Below, piece after piece: positions 29,030 to 41,576 of a stretch of DNA of 44,839 nt. The position numbers were made by a program, and so were the translations under genes. Each line of letters begins with the position of its first letter. The stretch's first letter is position 1. The stretch is taken from the sequence record SRR22947725_398. The stretch is one strand, 5' to 3'. Below the pieces are notes generated by a model. The model saw nothing but the letters and a program-made list of their open reading frames with translations, did no database searches and was not told the origin of the DNA.

Positions 29030-30078
29030 TTTAGTTGGGGTGCTTTCGATTTTCTTTTCATTTCCAAAAGTACTTGATTCCAGTTTTTTTGGGCTAAATT
29101 GGCCTTCATCTTTCGATAACCAACTCCGTATGCGAGGCTGGTATTATTTTGTAAATTCTCTAATAAGACCGATGCCAACTTACTCTTCTCTTTTTCCAAA
29201 ACAGCGGAAGAAACTAAATTACAAAACCCTTCCACCACGGGAGGACTTGATTCAATAAACCTTTCATTTAACCACACATGGGCAAACTCATGAGCTAAGA
29301 CAGATTCACATTCGATGTATGGTAATCCGTATAAAATATAAATCCGATGGTCAAAAGTTGTGCCCGGATTATGTCCACCCCTGACAATTTTATATTTCGT
29401 TAAGGTCAAGCCTCTTAAATTTCCACGGGCATTAATTTTAAGTGCTTCTTGATTAAGAAGACCACGATCCACCAGGCGAATAGATAGATTACCTACTGGT
29501 TTTGAAATTCCAATTCTAGTCAGGGTCTTCCATACCCTGTTTTCCACTTCTTTTAAAATGGCACCTTCAAAAACTCCATCTTTTAAACATGTTATACAGC
29601 TCATTCTACCATCGGCAAAAAACTGCTTCGAGTTCGCATCGCGTTTTACAAAAATTCGGGAACATGTACCACATAGCCCAGTAGATTGAAAATGCTTCAC
29701 ATGCACCATTCCCTTCCATGAATCTCGTCGAAATTGATCGCCTCCCTTAAACCCAGAACGACAAACCATACATCGAAAACAACTGCTATGATATTTTACT
29801 CCACCTGCATCAATAGTACGAGTACCTAAGCTCTTTGAACAGATTGGACAACGAGTTACTTTCTTCCAGTTTCGCACATACTCTTGATCCGATTGGATAA
29901 AGCGAGAAAGTGAAAAATGGTACTCTCTTCCTTTTATTGATAATCCGATACGATCTCCCAACACTTCAAAGAGTTCACCGTCTGACTTACTTCCTGCTTT
30001 TGTTGTCCAAGTTCTCCCCCATGAAAAAATGGCGTACAATAAGAAAAAGAAGTAAAAACTGGCTCTCAAAAAGCCCAT
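29026..30078 (-). CDS. Secreted SHD1-LIM-zinc finger-DA1-like zinc metallopeptidase
   Basis: Signal peptide; SHD1-like RTWT...SLSRFIQSDQEYV; LIM CxxC-x16-HxxCxxCxxC-x19-HxxH; CxxC...DGRxxCxxC; ILYGLP...LAHEFAHVWL...EGFCN...YGVGYR. Confidence 0.8.
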   Translation of the reverse strand: MGFLRASFYFFFLLYAIFSWGRTWTTKAGSKSDGELFEVLGDRIGLSIKGREYHFSLSRFIQSDQEYVRNWKKVTRCPICSKSLGTRTIDAGGVKYHSSCFRCMVCRSGFKGGDQFRRDSWKGMVHVKHFQSTGLCGTCSRIFVKRDANSKQFFADGRMSCITCLKDGVFEGAILKEVENRVWKTLTRIGISKPVGNLSIRLVDRGLLNQEALKINARGNLRGLTLTKYKIVRGGHNPGTTFDHRIYILYGLPYIECESVLAHEFAHVWLNERFIESSPPVVEGFCNLVSSAVLEKEKSKLASVLLENLQNNTSLAYGVGYRKMKANLAQKNWNQVLLEMKRKSKAPQLK

Positions 30079-30085
30079 TTAAGGT

Positions 30086-31492
30086 CTAAGAGGAAAGTAA
30101 TTTTTCCCAATGTTTAATTCGGTTCTTAATCTCAGAGGGGCCAGGCATACCCGGTCTTTCTCTTTTTGCGAATGCACGCTCTAAATTAAATACCTCTCTC
30201 CAATTGTCACCCAATTCCGGACAGACCTGAATTGCCTCATCTTGTTCCAATGCGGGTAGCGCAATATTTTTCCTTTCCGATAATGCCACTAATTCTCCGA
30301 TATAATGATGGGCGGATCGAAAAGGGACTCCACGCTCTACGAGATAATCAGCAAGATCTGTGGCCAAAAGAAGTGGGTCAGAGGCTGCCTCTCGACATCT
30401 CTCTTCATTAAAGGTTGAAGACGATAAACACCCAGATACAACAGCAAGGCACATACTCAATTGATCAAATGAGTCAAAGACTGGGGGTTTATCTTCCTGC
30501 AAATCTCGGTTGTAAGTCAATGGAAGGCCTTTTATGGCGACGCATAAATTTTGAAGATTACCAACAATCCGGCCGGTTTTTCCGCGAATTAATTCAAAAG
30601 AATCAGGATTTTTCTTTTGGGGCATTAGAGAAGACCCTGTGGTAAAGGAATCAGGTAATTGAATAAATCCGAATTCGGAAGAATTCCACAATATTATATC
30701 CTCCGACAAACGGGAAAGGTGTAAGGAGCAATTGACACAGGCCATTGCAAACTCAAGAAAGATATCTCGATCCGCCACCGCATCCATTCCGTTTGCCGTA
30801 ATCATTGGTTCTCCCGATTGATCGACAAAACCTAACACCTTTGCAGTAAATGCACGATCAAGTGGTAGCGTGGAACCGGCTATTGCACCCGAACCAAGGG
30901 GACAAACATTAGCATGGTTAAGCACCAGAGAAAACCGCTCATGATCGCGGCCAAGCGCTTCCATGTGTGCGAGTAAATGATGCCCCACAGTAACCGGTTG
31001 AGCACGCTGTAAATGAGTGTAACCAGGAATCGGCAAGAGTGCGTATTGTTTTGCAAGTCCGAGGATAGCAGACATTGCCATTTCAAGCTTACCGCTCAAT
31101 TGCATGCAAGCATCTTTAAAAAATAAACGCATGTCAGTAGCGACTTGATCATTTCTACTTCTTCCCGTGTGTAACTTGGATGCTGCAGATGTTTTTTCAA
31201 GAAGTGCATGTTCCAAATTCATATGAACATCTTCCAGTTCAATTTTCCATAAAAATGCCGGTGATTTTATTTCTTCTCTTAATTCTTCAATTCCAGCTTT
31301 GATTTCCTGAAATTCAGTTTCGGTTAACAGTCCCACATGAGCAAGCATCGATGCATGGCCCAAGCTACCTTGGAGGTCATAGGGAGCCAATCTCTTATCA
31401 AAAGAAACGGATTCACCAAATACTTGCATAAGGAGATCGGGCTGTTCCGAAAATCGACCGCCCCAAGTTGCTTGTTTATCATCTATTGACAT
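30086..31492 (-). CDS. argH: Argininosuccinate lyase
   Basis: WGGRF, GRSRNDQVATD, GYTHLQRAQP, GSSLMPQKKNPD, YNRDLQEDK. ATG 31492 preferred over TTG 31528. Confidence 0.96.
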   Translation of the reverse strand: MSIDDKQATWGGRFSEQPDLLMQVFGESVSFDKRLAPYDLQGSLGHASMLAHVGLLTETEFQEIKAGIEELREEIKSPAFLWKIELEDVHMNLEHALLEKTSAASKLHTGRSRNDQVATDMRLFFKDACMQLSGKLEMAMSAILGLAKQYALLPIPGYTHLQRAQPVTVGHHLLAHMEALGRDHERFSLVLNHANVCPLGSGAIAGSTLPLDRAFTAKVLGFVDQSGEPMITANGMDAVADRDIFLEFAMACVNCSLHLSRLSEDIILWNSSEFGFIQLPDSFTTGSSLMPQKKNPDSFELIRGKTGRIVGNLQNLCVAIKGLPLTYNRDLQEDKPPVFDSFDQLSMCLAVVSGCLSSSTFNEERCREAASDPLLLATDLADYLVERGVPFRSAHHYIGELVALSERKNIALPALEQDEAIQVCPELGDNWREVFNLERAFAKRERPGMPGPSEIKNRIKHWEKLLSS

Positions 31493-31554
31493 AAGTTGGA
31501 ATCTTCCAAACGAAAGGAATCCCCGCAACCTTAATCAATCAAATGGATCGAGGT

Positions 31555-32307
31555 TTAAGAAAATATTTCCTTAATCTTGGCTTTCGCGTGATCACGGTTC
31601 AACTTGGCTATATAATCCAAGGAGATATCCTTGGGACAGGCAGCCGAACATTCGCCGTAATTTCTACAATTCCCAAAGCCAGAATCGTCCATCGTGCTAA
31701 CCATGTTAAGAACACGAGCATCTTTTTCTGCCTGTCCTTGCGGAAGCAGATTAAGATGAGCTGCCTTGGCTGAAGTAAACAACATAGCAGATGCATTCTT
31801 ACAGGATGCCACACAGGCTCCGCAACCAATACAAGCAGCCGCATCCATTGCCTTGTCTGCATCCACTTTGGAGATGGGAATCGAATTTCCATCAGGTGCA
31901 CTTCCGGTACGAACAGAAATAAATCCCCCCGATTGAATAATTCGATCGAAGGCAGACCGATCTACTATCAAATCGCGAACTACAGGAAATGCTTTTGCTC
32001 GAAAAGGCTCAATGGTTACGGTCTCTCCATCATTAAACTTTCGCATGTGGAGCTGGCAGGTAGTGGTTGAATTCTCAGGTCCATGGGCATAGCCGTTTAT
32101 AGTGAGCGAACAAGTACCACAGATCCCCTCCCTACAGTCATGATCAAATGCAATTGGTTCATTTCCCTGTTTGAGGAGCTGTTCATTCAATTGATCTAGC
32201 ATTTCCAAGAAAGAAGAATCTTCAGAAACATCGTCCAAAACATGAGATTCAAAAGACCCATTTTCAGTAGGTCCGGTTTGTCTCCAAATTTTTAAGGTAA
32301 GTTTCAT
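31555..32307 (-). CDS. sdhB: Succinate dehydrogenase/fumarate reductase iron-sulfur subunit
   Basis: CREGICGTC...[12 protein letters not shown] and [12 protein letters not shown] cluster motifs. Confidence 0.95.
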   Translation of the reverse strand: MKLTLKIWRQTGPTENGSFESHVLDDVSEDSSFLEMLDQLNEQLLKQGNEPIAFDHDCREGICGTCSLTINGYAHGPENSTTTCQLHMRKFNDGETVTIEPFRAKAFPVVRDLIVDRSAFDRIIQSGGFISVRTGSAPDGNSIPISKVDADKAMDAAACIGCGACVASCKNASAMLFTSAKAAHLNLLPQGQAEKDARVLNMVSTMDDSGFGNCRNYGECSAACPKDISLDYIAKLNRDHAKAKIKEIFS

Positions 32308-32316
32308 AATATTGTT

Positions 32317-34233
32317 CTACTTGTAACTACGAACGGCAAGTTTGACATTTTCGTACTGCAATTCTTCTTTGTGGCGAACCGGAGTTTTCCCTTCGCCTTT
32401 ATACTCCCACACTGCAGCGTGTGCAAAATTTTCGTCATCTCTTGTCGCCTCTCCTTCTTTTGTTTGGTATTCTTCTCGAAAGTGTCCTCCACAGGACTCA
32501 TTTCGCTCCAATGCATCGCGACAAAGCAACTCTCCGAAGTCAATAAAGTCTCGAACCCGCCCTGCCCTTTCCAGTTCGACATTTAATCGATCACCAGTGC
32601 CTGGTACCAATAAGTTCTTTTGGAAGTGATCCCTCAAATCTTGGATTTCTCCAATTGCTTTTTGCAGACCGGTCGCATTACGGGCCATACCCGCGTATTC
32701 CCACATTATTTGTCCAAGTTCTTTGTGGTAGGAACGAGCCGATTTTTTCCCAGAAATCGAAAGCAGTTGACTGGTGCGTTCTTTTACAGACTCCAACACT
32801 TCTTTGACTTCCGGTCCATCCGGGCTGATTGTACCGGCACCCGTACTGGCAAGATAATTGCCCACTGTATAAGGGATAACGAAATAACCGTCGCTCAAGC
32901 CCTGCATGAGAGCACTTGCACCCAATCGGTTAGCTCCGTGATCAGAAAAATTTGCTTCTCCCAAAACGAAACATCCGGGTACCGAACTTTGCAGATTATA
33001 ATCCACCCACAGTCCCCCCATGGTGTAGTGAATTGCTGGATAAATCCTCATTGGGCGTTTGTAAGCATTTTCTCCTGTTATCCGTTCATACATTTGAAAA
33101 AGATTTCCATATCTTTCTCGAATAGCCGACTCTCCAAGTCGGGAAATTGAGTCAGCAAAGTCGAGGTAAACTCCACGTCCACCCGGACCCACACCACGAC
33201 TTTCGTCGCAAGCTTCTTTTGCAGATCTGCTTGAAATATCGCGTGGAGCAAGATTTCCAAAACTGGGATATTTCCTCTCGAGGAAATAATCTCTTAATTC
33301 TTCGGCAATATCATTGGGGTTTTTATCGCAATTCTTTCCGTCTAATGGAACCCATACCCGACCATCATTACGAAGGGACTCAGACATCAGCGTTAACTTG
33401 GACTGATGGTCTCCAGCAACGGGGATACAGGTGGGGTGAATCTGAGTAAAGCAGGGGTTCGCAAATCCGGCACCACGTCGGTGAGCACGATAGGTTGCAG
33501 TTACATTACAACCTGCAGCGTTTGTAGATAAATAATATACATTACCATACCCTCCCGTACAGATAAGGACCGCATCTGCAGTCCATGCATCGGTTGAACC
33601 GGTTACCAAGTTACGGGTGATTATTCCTTTGGCATGCCCGTCAACCTTTACCAAATCAAGCATTTCATGTCGGGTATGCATTTGAACCTGACCAGAAGCA
33701 ATTTGGCGACTTAACGCACTGTAAGCACCCAGGAGCAATTGTTGACCGGTTTGCCCTCTAGCATAAAATGTCCGGCTCACTTGCGCCCCCCCAAAAGAGC
33801 GGTTCGCCAAAAGTCCGCCATATTCACGGGCAAAAGGAACTCCCTGGGCAACACATTGATCAATAATATTAGTGCTATTTTGTGCTAGGCGATAAACATT
33901 GGCTTCCCGGGAACGAAAATCGCCCCCTTTCACAGTGTCATAAAAAAGTCGATGGATACTGTCCCCATCATTTTGATAATTTTTGGCTGCATTAATTCCG
34001 CCTTGTGCAGCAATCGAATGGGCTCTGCGTGGAGTATCTTGGTAACAAAAGCAATCAACCTGATAGCCAAGCTCTCCAAGAGTGGCGGCAGCCGCACCTC
34101 CGGCAAGACCTGACCCGACCACGATGATACGATATTTCCTTTTGTTAGCCGGGTTGACCAGCTTGGAGGAAAAACGATGGTTATCCCACTTATCCGCTAT
34201 GGGACCATCTGGAATTTGAGGATCAAGATTCAT
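32317..34233 (-). CDS. sdhA: Succinate dehydrogenase/fumarate reductase flavoprotein subunit
   Basis: [44 protein letters not shown]. Confidence 0.96.
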   Translation of the reverse strand: MNLDPQIPDGPIADKWDNHRFSSKLVNPANKRKYRIIVVGSGLAGGAAAATLGELGYQVDCFCYQDTPRRAHSIAAQGGINAAKNYQNDGDSIHRLFYDTVKGGDFRSREANVYRLAQNSTNIIDQCVAQGVPFAREYGGLLANRSFGGAQVSRTFYARGQTGQQLLLGAYSALSRQIASGQVQMHTRHEMLDLVKVDGHAKGIITRNLVTGSTDAWTADAVLICTGGYGNVYYLSTNAAGCNVTATYRAHRRGAGFANPCFTQIHPTCIPVAGDHQSKLTLMSESLRNDGRVWVPLDGKNCDKNPNDIAEELRDYFLERKYPSFGNLAPRDISSRSAKEACDESRGVGPGGRGVYLDFADSISRLGESAIRERYGNLFQMYERITGENAYKRPMRIYPAIHYTMGGLWVDYNLQSSVPGCFVLGEANFSDHGANRLGASALMQGLSDGYFVIPYTVGNYLASTGAGTISPDGPEVKEVLESVKERTSQLLSISGKKSARSYHKELGQIMWEYAGMARNATGLQKAIGEIQDLRDHFQKNLLVPGTGDRLNVELERAGRVRDFIDFGELLCRDALERNESCGGHFREEYQTKEGEATRDDENFAHAAVWEYKGEGKTPVRHKEELQYENVKLAVRSYK

Positions 34234-34987
34234 TGTTCAATAGGTTCGAGGTGTTGATTTTTTCAGAAGCTTCAGATGCAAAAAAGGAGGGATCATAAAA
34301 TTCATATAATCCGTGCTTTTGTGCCAATACGCTTAAGGGAATGATAGAAAATCCGGCAAATATGAGCCAGGCATATCCGGACGCGATTAAATCGAGCTTT
34401 CCTTGCCAGGCTTCGGATCGCAATCCAATCGATTGAAAGACACTTGAAAATCCATGAGCCAGGTGCCTGCAAAGAAGAAACATCGCCACCACATAAAAGA
34501 TTGAAATGATGTCATGCTTAAATCCCGCTAAAATCATAGAAAATGCATCGTGGATTTCAACATCTCCCGTCGAACCAACCGTGGTGGTCATCTCGGCGTA
34601 TTCCGGATAGATAGTTCGAATAGTAAAATGAAGGAGGTGAAAGACAATAAATGCGAGTAATATTGATCCCGTCAGTCCCATTTTTAATGATGTCCACCCC
34701 GCTCTCTTCGTTACCTCCACTTCGTTTTTATCTGGTCGGGCTTTTCGATTCTCAATAATTAAGGAATATGCTGTCCAGGCATGGATGACGACCGAAGCCA
34801 GCAAAAACAAACGAGAACCCCAAAGAATAAACCAAGGTAGTGATTGAAGAGAGTGTGCATAAGCGTTGATCTGTGCTTGTCCGGCAAGGACTTGAAGATT
34901 ACCTGCCATATGCACAAAAACAAAGCCAATGAGAACCAAGCCGGTCAAAGCCATGAGATACTTTTTTCCAAGGGACGAACTGAACAT
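34223..34987 (-). CDS. sdhC: Succinate dehydrogenase cytochrome b subunit (single-anchor type)
   Basis: [10 protein letters not shown]...HMAGNL, several TM His residues, [14 protein letters not shown]; directly upstream of sdhA. Confidence 0.92.
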   Translation of the reverse strand: MFSSSLGKKYLMALTGLVLIGFVFVHMAGNLQVLAGQAQINAYAHSLQSLPWFILWGSRLFLLASVVIHAWTAYSLIIENRKARPDKNEVEVTKRAGWTSLKMGLTGSILLAFIVFHLLHFTIRTIYPEYAEMTTTVGSTGDVEIHDAFSMILAGFKHDIISIFYVVAMFLLCRHLAHGFSSVFQSIGLRSEAWQGKLDLIASGYAWLIFAGFSIIPLSVLAQKHGLYEFYDPSFFASEASEKINTSNLLNNES

Positions 34988-35190
34988 AATAAATATTTAT
35001 TCTAAATTGATGAGAGGACAAACATTTGACGAGTGCAAATATTGTATTTTGACTAGGTAAGCATTTTTAATTAGAAGTAATATTAGAAATTCCGCAAGTA
35101 TGTTTACATTTTTTTAATCCTTGGTAATAAAACAACAACTTTATAAAAACTTTGTTGCCAGAAATTAAGACAGGGTTTCTTCTCATATAG

Positions 35191-36834
<1,644 letters not shown>

Positions 36835-36928
36835 ATTCTTTTGATACTGTCCAATCAGGGCAAAAATTGAGATGGTAATACCGATCCGATCGAATTAGAA
36901 ATTTGGATATGCTTGGAACCATTTGCAA

Positions 36929-37807
36929 ATGATTGATGCCCATACCCATCGGTACCCACCCGAGGTTTATTTAAATCCTCAAAAATTTGCTCTGAAGCAG
37001 GGAGAAAGTCATTGGCTAGAATTAATCGCACCCACCAATGGAAGTGACTTGCAGGGTTGGTCATCGAGGGAAGCAATGATTGCAGATATGGACAGAGCTT
37101 CAGTCCATAAAGCAGTTCTTCTGGGATGGTACTGGCAGAATCCCGAGACATGCATTCTTCACAATGAGTGGCATGCCGAGTGGATCAAAGAAGACCCTGA
37201 AAGGTTTTACGCATTTGCAACTATTCACCCATCTCTACGAAATCCCATCGATGAATTGAAGAAAAGGCAGGAGCAGGGATTTGTGGGAATGGGAGAGATT
37301 CATCTCGGGGTTCAAGGATTTTCGATGCAAGACCCAGCTTGGATAGAGTGTATTAAATTTGCCACTGAGCAGAGTTGGCCTGTTAATTTTCATGTTACTG
37401 AACCAGTCGGACATGAACATCCCGGCCGGGTTCCCACACCATTAGAAGATTTCCTCTGGCTGGCTCGTGAATTTCCGGAGCTGAAAATCATCCTAGCCCA
37501 TGCCGGTGGATTGTTTCCTTTTTATGAACTTAATCCAAAAGTTCGAAACGAACTTCGTAATGTTTATTATGATTTGGCTGCCTGTCCACTTCTCTACGAA
37601 TCCTCAATCTATCGAAAACTAATCGATACCGTTGGACATAAAAAAATTATCTGGGGCACAGATTATCCATTGAAAATTTTCCCAAAGGTTCAAAGTAAGC
37701 CTGACTTCTCGACATTTATAAAAGAAATTCATAAAGTTGCAGATCTGAGCGATGACGAAAAAGACGCACTCTTTCACCAAAATATTTTTTCTCTCCTTCC
37801 ATGTTAA
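36929..37807 (+). CDS. Amidohydrolase_2-family metal-dependent hydrolase
   Basis: IDAHTH, GMGEIH, FHVTEPVGH..PG, ILAHAGG, WGTDYP. Confidence 0.85.
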   Translation: MIDAHTHRYPPEVYLNPQKFALKQGESHWLELIAPTNGSDLQGWSSREAMIADMDRASVHKAVLLGWYWQNPETCILHNEWHAEWIKEDPERFYAFATIHPSLRNPIDELKKRQEQGFVGMGEIHLGVQGFSMQDPAWIECIKFATEQSWPVNFHVTEPVGHEHPGRVPTPLEDFLWLAREFPELKIILAHAGGLFPFYELNPKVRNELRNVYYDLAACPLLYESSIYRKLIDTVGHKKIIWGTDYPLKIFPKVQSKPDFSTFIKEIHKVADLSDDEKDALFHQNIFSLLPC

Positions 37808-38436
37808 TTGAACTTAATCAAGTTAAACCTGAGCCCATTCCCAAGGAAATGGTTGCTCGTTCAGATGTTTGGGGAACCCGTTTAAATATCGAACCAAAAA
37901 GTTTCACACTCATATCCGCACATTCAGGAAAAGGAAAGTCTACCCTGCTCCACCTTCTGTACGGTCTACGAAATGACTATTCTGGTGAAGCGTCTATTGA
38001 TGGCCAGTCTGTGGAAAAACAAGAAATGGGGGATTGGACTAGATTAAGAAGCCAAAAGATTGCTCTTCTATTCCAGGAACTCAGGCTCTTCCCCAAGCTC
38101 AGTGCACAGGAAAACATTACTTTGATTCCTGAGTCCAACCCACAGGTTCCATCGGATACGGAGATGGCAGAACGATTAGGTATGGAGGAGTTTCTTTCTA
38201 AGCCAATCGAAAACCTCTCCTTTGGACAACGGCAACGAATTGCGATCATAAGAACTCTTCGAAAACCATTTAAACTTCTCCTTCTTGACGAGCCGTTTAG
38301 TCACCTTGATAAGAAAAATGAGAAATTGTCTTCTTCCTTAATAGAAGAAATTGCCCGAGCGAACGAAGCCACTGTTCTTGTAACCTCTTTGGGAGAATCC
38401 CCGCCCCTTCCTTTTGACCGTACTCTCTCTTTGTGA
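37801..38436 (+). CDS. ABC transporter ATP-binding protein
   Basis: Walker A AHSGKGKST, Q-loop FQ, signature LSFGQRQR, Walker B LLLLDEP. Confidence 0.9.
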   Translation: MLIELNQVKPEPIPKEMVARSDVWGTRLNIEPKSFTLISAHSGKGKSTLLHLLYGLRNDYSGEASIDGQSVEKQEMGDWTRLRSQKIALLFQELRLFPKLSAQENITLIPESNPQVPSDTEMAERLGMEEFLSKPIENLSFGQRQRIAIIRTLRKPFKLLLLDEPFSHLDKKNEKLSSSLIEEIARANEATVLVTSLGESPPLPFDRTLSL

Positions 38437-39827
38437 AACAGTCCTTTTCAAAATCAATCATTCAGTCATGTCTGAATGTACCGGGGCCAAGGCGAGAGTT
38501 ATGGATTGCCTCACTCGGATGCCTTATTGGATCAACTCTCCTCATTCTCGCGATTCAACTTTACCAGGATACCTCCTCATTACTTAATGAGAAAGAAGTG
38601 GCAAAAAACTATTTCACCTTGAACAAAAAGGTGGAAGGAGGGGCCTTGGTCAACCTTGGTAAAAATGAACGAACTTTCTCTACTGAAGAACTGAATGAAA
38701 TTAAAACCCTTGAGGGTGTGCAAAGAATCGGTGGCTTTACCCGTAATCAATTTCCTCTCACTCTGTATATTTGGCCATCCGGGAAGGTTGGACTAGGAGC
38801 AGCTGCAAAGACTGACCTGTTCTTTGAATCGATCCCCGATGAATTTCTCGATTTCGTCCCCGAGGACTGGCACTGGGATGAAAACTCTGAGATCGTACCC
38901 ATTATGGTTCCCAAGTTCTACCTCGACCTATGGAATTTTGGTCTCGCCCCATCCAGGGTAGAATACCCCGCCCTCTCCACTGATGCCGCAACTGGAATGC
39001 CCATCGAACTCTTCATCGGAAAAAACAGGGAGACTACTTTAGAAGGTCGGTTTGTGGCATTTAGTAAACGAATCAATAGCGTACTTGTACCCAAAAACTT
39101 CCTGGAATGGGCCAATAAGAAATTCGGGCAACCCGAAGCAAATGACTTTTTATTTCTTTGGAAAGAGGGTTCCATTGAGGGTCCTCCTATTACTCGCTCC
39201 ACTCTTGCCACGCTTCGAAACGAACTAGAGTTTAAAAACTGGGAAATTTCACCACTTGAAAATCCTGCTGAACGTTCCCCCGCAACTCAGGCTCTATTAG
39301 AAGGAAAGAAGAAAACTGGCCCCTCTCGGATCATCCTTGAGATTGAGGATAATCCCAGTACCTCATTTACTTCCCACATTCAGAAAAAAGGATATGAAAT
39401 CAATCGGGAATTCCCAGAACAGGATATAATCAAAAAAGTAATCCAGACACTTTTTCTTGGAATGGTGGGAATTGGTGCTCTGCTTTCTCTACTTTCTATT
39501 ACCACTTTTGCCACTAGTTTTCGCCTGGTAGTTGCCCAGGCAAGCGAACAGGCAAAGAATCTCCTGCTCCTTGGTTTCTCCAATGTACAGGTGTCGCATG
39601 TAATATTCACCCGATTCCTCAAACTCTTTATTTTTATTTTAGGGGGTTCAGTGATAGCTGGATACACCCTTAAATCGCTCTTAGCCAATCAAGCAATTGC
39701 ATACGGAATCACAATAAACAGTGGCATTTCTTTTCAGACTTTTGCCTACATCTTCGTCTATGGTCTCATTTATATTTTTATAAATCAGCGAGTAATCGAA
39801 AAATCGGTTGTGAGACTGATTGATTAA
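38433..39827 (+). CDS. MacB/FtsX-like ABC permease
   Basis: One TM, a large extracytoplasmic domain and three C-terminal TMs; GTGA overlap with the ATPase gene. Confidence 0.75.
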   Translation: MKQSFSKSIIQSCLNVPGPRRELWIASLGCLIGSTLLILAIQLYQDTSSLLNEKEVAKNYFTLNKKVEGGALVNLGKNERTFSTEELNEIKTLEGVQRIGGFTRNQFPLTLYIWPSGKVGLGAAAKTDLFFESIPDEFLDFVPEDWHWDENSEIVPIMVPKFYLDLWNFGLAPSRVEYPALSTDAATGMPIELFIGKNRETTLEGRFVAFSKRINSVLVPKNFLEWANKKFGQPEANDFLFLWKEGSIEGPPITRSTLATLRNELEFKNWEISPLENPAERSPATQALLEGKKKTGPSRIILEIEDNPSTSFTSHIQKKGYEINREFPEQDIIKKVIQTLFLGMVGIGALLSLLSITTFATSFRLVVAQASEQAKNLLLLGFSNVQVSHVIFTRFLKLFIFILGGSVIAGYTLKSLLANQAIAYGITINSGISFQTFAYIFVYGLIYIFINQRVIEKSVVRLID

Positions 39828-39872
39828 TCTAAAGCTTTGCTTCAGCTAATAAATTAAATTATTCATACATAA

Positions 39873-41576
39873 TTACTCGGAGATTGCATTCTTTTCTACC
39901 TTCGATTTTAGCGACTCAATGTAATCAACCCCTACCTTAATCGATTGTAAAGGAATACTCACTTCAGTAGATAGCCTTCCCTGTCCCAGTTTTGCACTCC
40001 CAGTTACTGCAGGTGTATCCAATTCCAAAAGACCGTCCAATGCACCTCCGAAATTAACCCCACCCGTTGTCTCCACGATTTTCATAACTAATTCGGCATA
40101 GCGTACGATATCAATTCGCCATTTTAAAATCTCTCCCTTTTCCAGCTTAATTTGTTCCCCGATATTATTTTTCACTGGGATCCCTGACTTCACCGCACCC
40201 AATAATTCAAGAAGTTCTGGCTTACTGGTGGCCGAGATATAGAAGCCATTATCAACCACAAAAAAAACAGAAGTGTTAGAATAGGATGTAAGATTGGGAA
40301 GGTCTATATTGTCACTTTTATTTGCGTCCATAATCATATCATAGCGGAAAATTTTATTATTATCCAAAATTGAATCCTCCACGAAATTAATTTCATATTT
40401 GAGACCCGAATTTTTAATCATATCACTGGCAAATATTTCTTTAATTAGAGAAATTGATTCGGTTGATAATTTCTCCCATTCCTCGGAGGACATCTGCGTT
40501 CCACCCAACTGTACCACCTGTATTGGATTTTCAATATCATCAGATGTGCTGTAGCTCATCACAGCTTGTCCGTCATAAAGTTTGCTTCCCTCACGAATCA
40601 AAGAAATGAGTTTTGAAGCGGATTCTTTGGATTTCGGGTGAGTAAGCCCTTTTTCAATCCTGCCAACAAAATATTCTGTATAGTGAACCCAACTTTCTGG
40701 ATCAAGATTGACTAGCATGTCCATAAACCCATTACTTTTAATATATTGAGAAGCATCTAAAGTGAACAGCTCAGGCTGGGCAGAAAAGAGAGAAAATATC
40801 TCCGTATCCTTTTGGGCAGAGATTGTGGTGCGCGTCATAATCTCCTCTGCAGAAAGGAACACATCGAACTTCACTGCTTCTACAGTGGCCAATTCATCCA
40901 GTGAAACAGAAATGAGATTACCAAGTTGAGACTGCACCTCGACCGGGAAAGGAGTAATGCTCAACCCTCCCAAAGCCGAAGCTTTCATCTTTTCTAGATC
41001 CTTAAAAAGAAACTTTAGTCGTCCGCCGATTTCAATATCATCAGTTGGATCCTCTTTGACAAAAGCCAAAAAAGAGGACCAATCCTTCACATCTTCGAAT
41101 AATTTTGGATTCATCGTTGCTAATGTCCATCCATCCACTTCCATTGTTTTCATACCAACATTCTCAGCCTGCTTCTTAACCGGACTTTCGGGTTTTAATT
41201 TCACCGCTAGAATAAAGCTGGGTTGAGCACCGATAGTAATATCATCAAGTAATACTATTGTGACAGGTGTATCCGGATCGATTGAAACTAGTGCGGGGTC
41301 ACCTAAAGCCATCCCAGCTAAAGCAGGAAGCATTGCAATTTCAGGACCCGGTTTTACCACTTGTCCTACAGTAACTATTTTTTGTAAAAGCTTTGAAATG
41401 CTTATCGTCTTGGCATACCCAACTGGTTTGGACTTAATTTCAGATACCTCGATCTCAGGAATAAGGGGAGGGAGGACTTCAATTTCAGTCTCATTGTTCG
41501 CGGAAGAATTATTTTTTCCGAAACTACAAATAAGGAGAAAAGCGGGAAAGAGAATAGAAAGATATGATTTTTTCAT
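39873..41576 (-). CDS. Exported hypothetical protein (567 aa)
   Basis: Long ORF with a signal-peptide-like N-terminus (MKKSYLSILFPAFLLICSFGK); no catalytic motif recognised. Confidence 0.7.
   Translation of the reverse strand: MKKSYLSILFPAFLLICSFGKNNSSANNETEIEVLPPLIPEIEVSEIKSKPVGYAKTISISKLLQKIVTVGQVVKPGPEIAMLPALAGMALGDPALVSIDPDTPVTIVLLDDITIGAQPSFILAVKLKPESPVKKQAENVGMKTMEVDGWTLATMNPKLFEDVKDWSSFLAFVKEDPTDDIEIGGRLKFLFKDLEKMKASALGGLSITPFPVEVQSQLGNLISVSLDELATVEAVKFDVFLSAEEIMTRTTISAQKDTEIFSLFSAQPELFTLDASQYIKSNGFMDMLVNLDPESWVHYTEYFVGRIEKGLTHPKSKESASKLISLIREGSKLYDGQAVMSYSTSDDIENPIQVVQLGGTQMSSEEWEKLSTESISLIKEIFASDMIKNSGLKYEINFVEDSILDNNKIFRYDMIMDANKSDNIDLPNLTSYSNTSVFFVVDNGFYISATSKPELLELLGAVKSGIPVKNNIGEQIKLEKGEILKWRIDIVRYAELVMKIVETTGGVNFGGALDGLLELDTPAVTGSAKLGQGRLSTEVSIPLQSIKVGVDYIESLKSKVEKNAISE

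Noticed and set aside
35031-35039. GAGTGCAAA CIRCE-like half-site upstream of sdhC
   Set aside because: No matching left arm at 9-nt spacing.
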